Source: Actinomycetota bacterium (GTDB lineage Bacteria > Actinomycetota > Acidimicrobiia > IMCC26256 > VFJJ01). Taken from it: a stretch of DNA of 38,136 bases. Positions 7,871 to 15,747 of the stretch are shown here, in pieces. The position numbers were made by a program, and so were the translations under genes. The stretch covers positions 1 through 38,136 of the forward strand of contig VFJJ01000115.1 of the NCBI GenBank assembly GCA_009886115.1. Direction: 5' to 3'. A model generated the notes under the pieces. That model made no database searches. It was given only the letters and a program-made list of their open reading frames with translations, and was not told the origin of the DNA. Within the stretch, counting starts at the first letter, position 1. Each line of letters starts with the position of its first letter.

Positions 7871-8389
7871 ATGCCCCGTATCTCCCTCCCCGATGTCGAC
7901 AGCGACGATCCCGTCGCTTCGAGCCCGTTGGCCCATCAACCCCAGTTACTGTCCGACTTCATGACCGCGTACGGCACGTTGTGGAGCCACGGCGTGCTCG
8001 ATGGCGCGACCAAGGAGGTGGCTCGTCTCCGCAATGCGAGGGTCACCGACTGCGGTTTCTGAAGGAACGTGCGCTTCGCAGTTGCGAAGCATGAAGGCCT
8101 CACCGAGGACCTCGTCGCCCAGATCGACGACGGCTACGAGGACAGCACGCTTTCGCCCCGTCACAAGGCCGTGCTGCGGTTCTCCGACGCGTTCCTCCGT
8201 GATCCCCACGGGCTCTCGGAGTCGGCCCGAGCGGAGCTCCTCGAGCACTACAGCGCCGAGCAGATCGTCGAGCTCGCGGCGGGTCTGGCCATGTTCATGG
8301 GCACGTCGAAGATCGCCGTGGCCCTCGGCAACGCGCCCTCAGACATGCCCGTGATGGAGCTGCCGACCCCCGTCCGCCCATCGACCTGA
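7871..8389 (+). CDS. AhpD/CMD-family protein; candidate selenoprotein with CxxU (Sec at TGA 8060-8062)
   Basis: ORFs 7841..8062 and 8069..8389 are in frame; join reads KEVARLRNARVTD-C-G-F-U-RNVRF..GLTED..LSPRHKAVLRFSD..YSAEQIVEL; GGAG SD; 172 aa. Confidence 0.85.
8073..8090 (+). promoter_or_regulatory. Candidate bacterial SECIS hairpin of the CMD gene
   Basis: GCUUCGC-AGUU-GCGAAGC perfect 7-bp stem; G at loop position 2; 17-nt spacer from UGA. Confidence 0.75.
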
Positions 8390-8471
8390 GGGCTGCCGTG
8401 GGTGGCTAGCGTTGACCGTCGAGCCGCCCGGGCGCACCGGGCGGCCCTGGAAACCTCAGCTCGGAGGCGTC

Positions 8472-9437
8472 GTGGCGACCCAGGCAGGCCCCAAGACCAA
8501 GATGGCGACCGGCATCGTCCATGCCGGCGCGCTCATCGCCATCATCGGCACGTTCCTGAAGTGGGTCACCTTCAGCGACGAGGTCAACGATGCCTTCGAC
8601 TCGTTCGGCGAGATGCCGAACGAGACGGGGATCGACGGCGGCGACGGGTTCATCATCATCGTGGTCGCTCTGGTCGCCGCTGTGCTCGTCATCGTGGGCA
8701 AGAAGGCCAACAAGGTGCGCGGGATGGGGATCGTCGCGATCGTCGCCGCCGTCGTGTCGTTCCTCGTGTACATCGCCAACGCCGCCGACGTCAGTAGCGC
8801 CAACGACGATCTCGCGGTCTTCGGCTTCGAAGAGGGTCTGAGCATCGGTGTGGGGATCTGGGTGGGGATCATCGGATCGTTGGTGATGCTCGTGGGGGCG
8901 ATCATGTATCTGGTCTCGGGGTCGAAGGCCGCATCCGTGTGGCCGCCGGCGGGTGGGCCCGGTGCGCCGGCTCCGGGTGGATGGCCGCAGGCTCCGCAGG
9001 CCGGTCAGGTCCAGCCCGGTGGTTGGCCGCAGGCTGGTGCTCCGCAGGGCCCGGCCCCTGCTCCTGGCGGATGGCCGCAGGCTGGTGCTCCGCAGGGCCC
9101 GGCCCCTGCTCCTGGCGGATGGCCGCAGGCTGGCTACCCCCAGGACTCCACGTACAGTGCCCAGCCCGGCTACCCGCAGCCCGATGCGGTTCCGGCGCCG
9201 CCCCCCGGCTCGGGGTCGTTTGCCCCGCCGCCGGCTGCAGCGCCGCCGCTTCCGCCCCTGCCTCCGCTTCCTACACCCGGCGCTGGCGTGCCCACGAGTG
9301 CCGACGCCGGTGCCACCCGGGCGCTCTCGGCCGAGGAGATCGAGACCGCGCGGCGGCTTCGGGCCGGCGAGCAGCCGCCCCCGCCCCCGCCCCCGCCTCC
9401 GGGGCCTCCCCCTCCGCCTCCGGGGGCTCCGCAGTAG
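8472..9437 (+). CDS. Membrane protein (4 TM) with Pro/Gln/Gly-rich repetitive C-terminal tail
   Basis: GGAGG SD before GTG 8472 (alternatives 8412, 8502); four hydrophobic segments; GWPQ repeats and poly-Pro. Confidence 0.8.
   Translation: MATQAGPKTKMATGIVHAGALIAIIGTFLKWVTFSDEVNDAFDSFGEMPNETGIDGGDGFIIIVVALVAAVLVIVGKKANKVRGMGIVAIVAAVVSFLVYIANAADVSSANDDLAVFGFEEGLSIGVGIWVGIIGSLVMLVGAIMYLVSGSKAASVWPPAGGPGAPAPGGWPQAPQAGQVQPGGWPQAGAPQGPAPAPGGWPQAGAPQGPAPAPGGWPQAGYPQDSTYSAQPGYPQPDAVPAPPPGSGSFAPPPAAAPPLPPLPPLPTPGAGVPTSADAGATRALSAEEIETARRLRAGEQPPPPPPPPPGPPPPPPGAPQ
9021..9134 (+). repeat. 48-bp intragenic tandem repeat encoding GWPQAGAPQGPAPAPG
   Basis: Units start at 9021, 9069 and 9117 (partial). 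Confidence 0.85.
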
Positions 9438-9502
9438 AACACGCTCGGTGCCACCGGTCGTCGCGCTCGCTCGCAGGGCGCCGGCCGGGCGAGACTGCGC
9501 CC

Positions 9503-9856
9503 ATGCAGACACCCGAGAAGATCGGCAACATCATCGTGGCCGTCGTCGACATGGACGCCGCCGTCACCTTCTACGGCACCACCATGGGCCTCGAGCTCAA
9601 GTTCCGTGACGGTGACCGCTTCGCAGCGTTCAACGGTGGCGGCGTGACGCTGGCACTGGTGTCGGGCGAGGAGGACGTCACCGGTGGCGTCACCGCCCCG
9701 TCGTTCAAGGTCGCCGACGTGGCCGGCGCCGTCGCCGATCTGGTGGCTGGCGGGGCCACCGTCGTCCTCGGTGCCACCGATGGCCCGCATGAGACCCGCG
9801 CCGTCGTGCGAGACCCGTCAGGAAACACGCTCGTCCTCTACGGCCCCAAGGCCTGA
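9503..9856 (+). CDS. VOC/glyoxalase family protein
   Basis: IIVAVVDMDAAVTFY..GL, SFKVADV, AVVRDPSGNTLVL. Confidence 0.85.
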   Translation: MQTPEKIGNIIVAVVDMDAAVTFYGTTMGLELKFRDGDRFAAFNGGGVTLALVSGEEDVTGGVTAPSFKVADVAGAVADLVAGGATVVLGATDGPHETRAVVRDPSGNTLVLYGPKA

Positions 9857-9862
9857 CGGGGC

Positions 9863-9900
9863 AGGGCCGCCGTTGCTGCCTCGGCCGCGGCGGCAGCCCT
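9863..9900. terminator. Hairpin between convergent genes (possible bidirectional terminator)
   Basis: 13 of 14 positions pair (incl. G-U) between 9863-9876 and 9887-9900; no U-tract. Confidence 0.4.
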
Positions 9901-9935
9901 TGAGGGTCGGGCGGACCGCGAGGTCGAAGAAGGCG

Positions 9936-11114
9936 CTACAGGCGCTCGATGATGGTGACGTTGGCCTGGCCGCCGCCTTCGCACATCGTCTGGAGGCCGT
10001 AGCGGCCGCCCGTGCGCTCGAGCTCGCCGAGCATGGTGGTCATGAGCCGAACGCCGGTGGCGCCAAGGGGATGGCCGAGCGCGATGGCCCCGCCGTTGAT
10101 GTTCACCTTGGCCAGATCGGCGCCGGTCTCTTTCTGCCAGGCCAGCACGACCGAGGCGAAGGCCTCGTTGATCTCGATGGCGTCCATCTGGTCGAGGGTC
10201 ATGCCGCTCTTCTTGAGCGCGTAGGCCGTCGCCGGGATGGGCGCGGTGAGCATGTAGATCGGGTCGTCGGCCCGCACGCTGATGTGGTGGATGCGGGCCC
10301 GCGGCTTCCACCCGTAACGCTTCACGGCATCCTCCGACGCGATCAGCATCGCCGAGGCGGCGTCGGAGATCTGGCTCGACACCGCCGCGGTGAGCCGGCC
10401 CCCTTCCAGCAGCGTCGGGAGCTTGGCCATCTTCTCGAGCGTCGTGTCGCCGCGGATGCCCTCGTCGCGGGCGTGGACGTGTTCGGTGCCGTCGGCCAGC
10501 GTCACGGTCATGGGCACGATCTCGCGCTCGAACCGGCCCTCTGCGGTGGCCCGCGCGGCCCGCTGGTGCGACTCGAGAGCGAAGCGCTCCATGTCCTCGC
10601 GGGAGATGTCCCACTTCTCGGCGATCATCTCCGCTCCCCGGAACTGCGACACCTCGCCGCTGCCGTAGCGCGCCACCCAGCCGGTGGAGCCGGTGAACGG
10701 ATCGGTGAAGCCGAACTGCTCGGCGACGAGCATCGCCGAGGAGATCGGGATGGCGCTCATGTTCTGGCATCCGCCGGCCACGATGAGGTCGCTCGTTCCG
10801 CTCAGCACCGCCTGGGCGCCGAAGTGCACCGCCTGCTGCGACGACCCGCACTGGCGGTCGACGGTGACCCCGGGCACCTCCTGCGGCAGCCCGGCGGCCA
10901 GCCAGCACGTCCGGCCGATGTCGCCGGCCTGGGGCCCGATGTTGTCGAGCGTGCCCCACACCACGTCGTCGACCTCGATCGGATCGACGCCCGTCCGCTC
11001 GACGAGCGCCGTGAGGATGTGCGCCCCGAGGTCGGCCGGATGCACCCGGGCCAGGCTCCCGCCCCGCTTGCCCACGCCCGTCCGGCACGTGTCGATGATG
11101 TAGGCCTCGGCCAT
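9936..11114 (-). CDS. fadA6: Acetyl-CoA C-acyltransferase (thiolase) of HIP catabolism
   Basis: VTVDRQCGSSQQ, IPISSAM..EQFGF, SQFRG.E.IAEKW, NEAFA, GHPLGATG, MCEGGG.ANVTIIERL as in FadA6; GGAGG SD. Confidence 0.88.
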   Translation of the reverse strand: MAEAYIIDTCRTGVGKRGGSLARVHPADLGAHILTALVERTGVDPIEVDDVVWGTLDNIGPQAGDIGRTCWLAAGLPQEVPGVTVDRQCGSSQQAVHFGAQAVLSGTSDLIVAGGCQNMSAIPISSAMLVAEQFGFTDPFTGSTGWVARYGSGEVSQFRGAEMIAEKWDISREDMERFALESHQRAARATAEGRFEREIVPMTVTLADGTEHVHARDEGIRGDTTLEKMAKLPTLLEGGRLTAAVSSQISDAASAMLIASEDAVKRYGWKPRARIHHISVRADDPIYMLTAPIPATAYALKKSGMTLDQMDAIEINEAFASVVLAWQKETGADLAKVNINGGAIALGHPLGATGVRLMTTMLGELERTGGRYGLQTMCEGGGQANVTIIERL

Positions 11115-11186
11115 GGGTTTCCTCCAGGTGGTAAGGAGCGTGAGATCGCCCATCGTTGTGCCTGGAGGATACCGGTGCCTCGATGC

Positions 11187-11753
11187 TCAGTCCCCGGTCG
11201 TGCCGTCGGTGAGCTCGCGGAGGATGTCGGCGTGGCCGACGTGGCGAGCGGTCTCCTCGATCATGTGGACGAGGATCCAACGCAGGCTCACCGACCGTCC
11301 GCCGTAGGCACGCGTGCCGACGGCCGACAGGCTGTCGAGGGTGGCTGCTGCTGCCACGATGCGCCGCGACGCCTCGCACTCCTGCACGTAGTCGGCAACG
11401 GCTTGGGCGATCGACGCCTCGGCGATGTCGTCGAAGTCGGGTTCTTCGCCGGCTTGGTAGCCGGCCTCGGGGCCGTACAGGCCCTCGACGTTCTCGCCAG
11501 CGAAGCGGCGGCGGAACCAGACCCGTTCGACCTCGGCGCAATGGCGGACCAGGCCGACGATCGTCGTCTTCGACGCCACGTGCCGCGCCCTCCCCTGCTC
11601 GTCGGAGATCCCCGTGGCCTTGAGCACCAAGGCCTGGCGGTACCAGTCGAGGAACTCGGTGAGCGTCGAGCGCTCATCGGCGTCGGGCTGTGGGTCGGTG
11701 CGGGGATCATCGACGGGCGATGTCGTCGGTTCGGTGTGCGGTATGTCGGTCAC
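11187..11753 (-). CDS. DinB family (DUF664) protein
   Basis: DERSTL..FLDWYR, GLVRH.AEVER.WF, SLRWILVHMIEETARHVGHADILRE..DG; GTGA overlap with upstream gene. Confidence 0.88.
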   Translation of the reverse strand: MTDIPHTEPTTSPVDDPRTDPQPDADERSTLTEFLDWYRQALVLKATGISDEQGRARHVASKTTIVGLVRHCAEVERVWFRRRFAGENVEGLYGPEAGYQAGEEPDFDDIAEASIAQAVADYVQECEASRRIVAAAATLDSLSAVGTRAYGGRSVSLRWILVHMIEETARHVGHADILRELTDGTTGD

Positions 11754-12814
11754 GGCCGGCCGAAGGCTTGGCGGGGCAGGGTGAGGGGGAGATCGAGCGA
11801 GCTCACGAGACCGGGAGGGGCGTCGCACACGGCGGGGATGGCGTTGACGATCCGCATCGTGGTGGCGAGCATGCCTTCGGAGCTGAACGTGTCGGGGGTG
11901 CCGACGGTGAGCTCGCACTGCATCTCGGGTTCGCCGTCGACGACGACCCGGTAGGTGCCGTCGCGTCGGGCCGTCGGCCATTCGGCGGCGATGTCGAGCG
12001 CCATCCGGTTGACGTGCTCGATGACGATCGCGTCGCGACCGTCGACCACGCCGATCGTCTCGAAGCGAACGGCGCCAACGGTTCCGGCCTCGATCACGCC
12101 ACATGCCACCTCGAGGCGGCGCGGTGTCAGCGCACGCTCGTACGTCTCACGGATCTCGTCGAGCTCGACACCCATGGCATCGGCGATCATGCGGACCGGC
12201 GCGCCCCAGGTTCCGCCCTGAGCACCGTTGAGCGCCATGAGGGGAACGTGCTCGACGGGCTGGCCGAAGCCGAACACCTCACGCATGACGAACTCGACCG
12301 GGTAGTCCCAGTAACAGAAGATCTCCTGCACCCGTACCGAGCGCACCGTCTTCGACATCGTCATGAGGCCCAGGACGAACTGGTCGCCCGCGAACCCGGG
12401 CTCGATGCCCGAGGCGTAGAGGGTTGCTCCACCCCGCTCGGCAGCCACCTCCAGACGTTGCCGGTTCGTAGGGTGGTAGGCCGGCGGGTACACGAGCGCC
12501 GCGGTGGTCACGGTGACCACGTTGATGCCGGCCTCGAGGAAGCGCACATAATCGGGCACGGCCACGGCGTCGAGGCTCGGGCCGCTGGCCGTGTAACAGA
12601 TGCAATCGGGAGCGAGCGCGATCAGCGCGTCAGCGTCGTTGGTGGCCGCCAACCCGATGGGTGCGCCGCCTGCAAGCACGCCTGCGTCGACGCCGACCTT
12701 CTCGGGCGAGTGCACCCAGACTCCCACGAGCTCCAGGTCGGGTCGCTGCGTGATCGCCCCGATCGCTCGCGATCCGATGCCCCCGGTTCCCCACACCGCC
12801 ACTCGTATCGTCAC
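11750..12814 (-). CDS. DapB-like NAD(P)H-dependent amine dehydrogenase family protein
   Basis: VAVWGTGGIG, ELVGVWVHSPEKVG.DAG, LEAGINVV, SGIEPGF, VNAIPAVCDAPPG. Confidence 0.82.
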   Translation of the reverse strand: MTIRVAVWGTGGIGSRAIGAITQRPDLELVGVWVHSPEKVGVDAGVLAGGAPIGLAATNDADALIALAPDCICYTASGPSLDAVAVPDYVRFLEAGINVVTVTTAALVYPPAYHPTNRQRLEVAAERGGATLYASGIEPGFAGDQFVLGLMTMSKTVRSVRVQEIFCYWDYPVEFVMREVFGFGQPVEHVPLMALNGAQGGTWGAPVRMIADAMGVELDEIRETYERALTPRRLEVACGVIEAGTVGAVRFETIGVVDGRDAIVIEHVNRMALDIAAEWPTARRDGTYRVVVDGEPEMQCELTVGTPDTFSSEGMLATTMRIVNAIPAVCDAPPGLVSSLDLPLTLPRQAFGRP

Positions 12815-12844
12815 CTGCGGACCCTATTCCCTGGCCCGACGGCT

Positions 12845-12876
<32 letters not shown>

Positions 12877-12912
12877 CGCCCGCGGCCTCGTTCGCCGCGT
12901 GTCTCGCTGGGC

Positions 12913-13572
12913 TCAACCGTCCGGAACGGGTCCGGGCGTGCGCCAGTGGTCGACGAGCGAGTGGCCGAGCTCGGCGAAGAGCGCTCGGAGCGCTGGGAGC
13001 GAGATCCCCATCACGTTCCCGGCGCAGCCGTCGATACCGTCGATGAACGCCGCCCCGAGCCCCTCCAACGTGAACGCGCCGGCACAACCGAGCGGCTCGC
13101 CGGTGGCCACGTAGGCCGCGATCTCACGATCGGACGGCTCGCCGAAGCGAACGGTCGAGGCGATGGTCGCCGACGCCTCCCGGTGGTTGGCGGTGTCGAT
13201 CACGCAGTGGCCGGTGACGAGCGTTCCGGCCTTGCCCCGCATGGCCTGCCAGCGCTCGATGGCCTGGACGGTCGACGCGGGCTTGCCATACGGGCGGCCG
13301 TCCAGATCGAGCACCGAGTCGCAGCCGATCACCAGCGCGGCGGGTGCGGCCGGCCCGGCCTCGCGGACCGACGCCGCGGTGAGGAGGGCGGCGACAGTTC
13401 GGGCCTTGCGGCGGGCGAGCTCGAGCGCGATCTCTGCTGGCGCGCCGATGACCCCGTCCTCGTCGACGCCGCTCACCACCACCTCGGTCTCGAGCCCGGC
13501 GAGGCGCAGCACCCGCAACCGCGACGCCGACGCCGACGCCAGCACGAGCCGATGAGAAGCGAGCAGTGCCAT
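12913..13572 (-). CDS. maf: Maf family nucleoside triphosphate pyrophosphatase
   Basis: LVLASAS..R, SGVDED, A.RKA, VIGCDS, GKP, YVATGEP..AGAF, NVMGISL. Confidence 0.9.
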   Translation of the reverse strand: MALLASHRLVLASASASRLRVLRLAGLETEVVVSGVDEDGVIGAPAEIALELARRKARTVAALLTAASVREAGPAAPAALVIGCDSVLDLDGRPYGKPASTVQAIERWQAMRGKAGTLVTGHCVIDTANHREASATIASTVRFGEPSDREIAAYVATGEPLGCAGAFTLEGLGAAFIDGIDGCAGNVMGISLPALRALFAELGHSLVDHWRTPGPVPDG

Positions 13573-13583
13573 GCCGTAGTTCA

Positions 13584-13633
13584 CCAACTGTCAGCGTGGC
13601 GGGCCGTATCCGGCCCCTGACGCTGACAGTTGG
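13584..13633. repeat. REP-like palindrome, copy 1
   Basis: CCAACTGTCAGCGTGGCGGGCCG-TATC-CGGCCCCTGACGCTGACAGTTGG. Confidence 0.9.
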
Positions 13634-13652
13634 GAGGGGTGGGGGGTCGGCC

Positions 13653-14894
13653 TCAGCGGGGCTCGCGGGGGAGGCCGAGGACCCCTTCGCCGAGCACGTT
13701 GCGTTGGATCTCGGAGCTGCCGGCGTAGATGGTGTGGGCCCTGTCGTAGAGGAACGCGGTGAGGTTGCGGGCCACGTCGGGACTGGTATCGGCTGAGCCG
13801 CCGTACACCTGGCCGCCGATGCCGGCGATCGTCATCGAGAGCTCGGAGAGGTGGCGGTGCCATTGGCTCCAGTAGAGCTTACCGATGCTGCTCGCCGGAC
13901 CGGCCGCGCCCGACGCTGCCGCGGCCGAGAGCACCCGGAGGTTGTTGTAGCGCATGATCTCGAGGCCCACGTACGAGCGGGCGAGCTCCTGGCGCACGAC
14001 AGCGTCGTCGGCTTTCCCGCAGCGTTGCGCCGCCGTCAGCACTCCCTGGTACGTGCGGGCGTAGCCGAGCTGCTGGCCCAGCGTCGAGGCGCCCCGCTCG
14101 AAGTCGAGCGTGCCCATGGCGACCTTCCAGCCGCCGTTCACCTCGCCGACGATGTTTTCGGCGGCCGTGCGAGCGCCGTCGAAGAACACCTCGTTGAACT
14201 CCTCGCCGCCGCTCATCTGGGTGAGGGGGCGGACGGTGATCCCGGGCTGGCGCATGGGTACGAGGAGGTACGAGATGCCCCGGTGCTTGGTGGGCGCATC
14301 GGGATCGGTGCGGCACACGACGAAGCACCAGTCGGAGTGCTGCCCGTAGCTCGTCCACACCTTCTGCCCGTTGATGACCCACTCGCCGCCATCAGCGCCG
14401 TCGCCGCCTCCGGCGTCAGCACCACCGTCGCCGCCGGGGTCGAGGACGGCCCGGGTCTGCACGTTGGCCAGGTCGCTACCGGCGTCGGGCTCGGAGTAGC
14501 CCTGGCACCACAGCTCCTCCACACTCAGGATCTTGGGGAGGAAGCGGGCCTGTTGCGCGGGCGTTCCGAAGGCGATGAGCGTGGGGCCGAGCAGCGTCTC
14601 GCCCATGTTGGGCAAGCGGTTCTTGGCCTCCGAGGCCGCGTACTCCATGTGGAAGACGACCTGCTGGGTGAGCGTGGCGCCCCGTCCGCCGAACTCGGCC
14701 GGCCAGGACAGGCCGATCCAGCCGCCGTTGGCCAGCTCGCGCTCCCAGCCCACCTCCACGTCGAACGGCACCTCGTCGGTGCCCGGCCCGCCCTGGCCCT
14801 TCAAGCCGGCGAAGGGCCCGCGCACGTGCTCGTGCAGCCACGTGCGCACCTCGTCGCGGAACTCGGCGTCTTGGGGTGTGAGGGTGAGCTCCAT
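13653..14894 (-). CDS. fadE30: Acyl-CoA dehydrogenase IpdE1/FadE30 (HIP catabolism)
   Basis: FA.LKG.GGPG, GE.LLGPTLIAFGT, ELWCQGYSEP.AGSDLA, FERG.STLGQQ, RA.TIY.GS.EIQRN..LGLPRE; context of ipd genes. Confidence 0.82.
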   Translation of the reverse strand: MELTLTPQDAEFRDEVRTWLHEHVRGPFAGLKGQGGPGTDEVPFDVEVGWERELANGGWIGLSWPAEFGGRGATLTQQVVFHMEYAASEAKNRLPNMGETLLGPTLIAFGTPAQQARFLPKILSVEELWCQGYSEPDAGSDLANVQTRAVLDPGGDGGADAGGGDGADGGEWVINGQKVWTSYGQHSDWCFVVCRTDPDAPTKHRGISYLLVPMRQPGITVRPLTQMSGGEEFNEVFFDGARTAAENIVGEVNGGWKVAMGTLDFERGASTLGQQLGYARTYQGVLTAAQRCGKADDAVVRQELARSYVGLEIMRYNNLRVLSAAAASGAAGPASSIGKLYWSQWHRHLSELSMTIAGIGGQVYGGSADTSPDVARNLTAFLYDRAHTIYAGSSEIQRNVLGEGVLGLPREPR

Positions 14895-14906
14895 GGGTTC
14901 CCTCCG

Positions 14907-14954
14907 CAACTGTCAGCGTGGCGGGCCGGATACGGCCCGCCACGCTGACAGTTG
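14907..14954. repeat. REP-like palindrome, copy 2 (inverted relative to copy 1)
   Basis: Perfect 22-bp arms CAACTGTCAGCGTGGCGGGCCG with loop GATA (reverse complement of the copy 1 loop TATC). Confidence 0.9.
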
Positions 14955-14967
14955 GAGTGTTTTCTCG

Positions 14968-15747
14968 CTAGGGGTGTTGCGACGACACCGAGACGACCTC
15001 GCCGGCCATGAAACAGGCGAGATCCGACGCCAGGAACACGATCACGTTGGCGACCTCCCAGGGCTCGGCAGCCCGCTTCATCACCTCACGCTCCGAAAGG
15101 TCGGCGAGCAACTCGTCGCTCGTGACCTTGGCGAGAAAGGGGTGCATGGCGATCGACGGCGACACGGCATTGACCCGGATCCCGTGCGGCGCACCTTCCA
15201 CCGCCGAGCAGCGGGTGAGGGCCATCACCCCGGCCTTGGCCGCGGCGTAATGGCATTGGCCCTCCTGGGCCCGCCATCCGACCACCGAGGCGTTGTTGAC
15301 GATGGCGCCCGTCCCCCTGGGGATCATGTGGCGCAAGGCCGCGCGGGTGCAACGCATCGTGCCGGTGAGGGTGATGCCCAGCACGGCGTTCCACTGGTCG
15401 TCGGTCATGTCGACGAGGTTCACGGTGCCGCCGAGGCCGGCGTTGTTCACCAGCACGTCGAGCCCGCCGAAACCCGCGGCGTCGGCTGCGCCAACCGCGA
15501 ACTCGATCATCCGTTGCACGTCGTCCTCGACCGTGACGTCGCAGGGGATCGCCGGAACGTCGCCGAGCGCGGCGGCCGACTCGGCGAGGCGGCGCTCGTG
15601 CTTGTCGGAGATGATCACGAAGGCCCCCTCCTCCTGGCAGCGCTTGGCCGTGGCGAAGCCGATGCCGGTACCGGCCGCCGCGGTGACGAGCACCGTCTTG
15701 CCGGACAGGAGGTTGCGACCCTCGGGGTACGGGGGGACGGTCGTCAT
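14968..15747 (-). CDS. ipdF: SDR oxidoreductase IpdF (Rv3559c-like)
   Basis: LL.GKTVLVTAAAGTGIG, SDKHERRL, NNASV.GWRAQ..Q.HYAAAKAG, GEVVSVSSQH; ATGA coupling with ipdC. Confidence 0.88.
   Translation of the reverse strand: MTTVPPYPEGRNLLSGKTVLVTAAAGTGIGFATAKRCQEEGAFVIISDKHERRLAESAAALGDVPAIPCDVTVEDDVQRMIEFAVGAADAAGFGGLDVLVNNAGLGGTVNLVDMTDDQWNAVLGITLTGTMRCTRAALRHMIPRGTGAIVNNASVVGWRAQEGQCHYAAAKAGVMALTRCSAVEGAPHGIRVNAVSPSIAMHPFLAKVTSDELLADLSEREVMKRAAEPWEVANVIVFLASDLACFMAGEVVSVSSQHP

Noticed and set aside
4904..8062. Alternative genetic code (UGA = Trp/Gly) as explanation of the in-frame TGAs
   Set aside because: TGA is the normal stop of most genes here (including GTGA/ATGA overlaps) and Trp uses TGG; the two exceptions align with Cys
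13584..14954. CRISPR array or IS element from the repeated palindromes
   Set aside because: Only two copies 1.3 kb apart, no spacers, no cas or transposase gene, no target-site duplication seen
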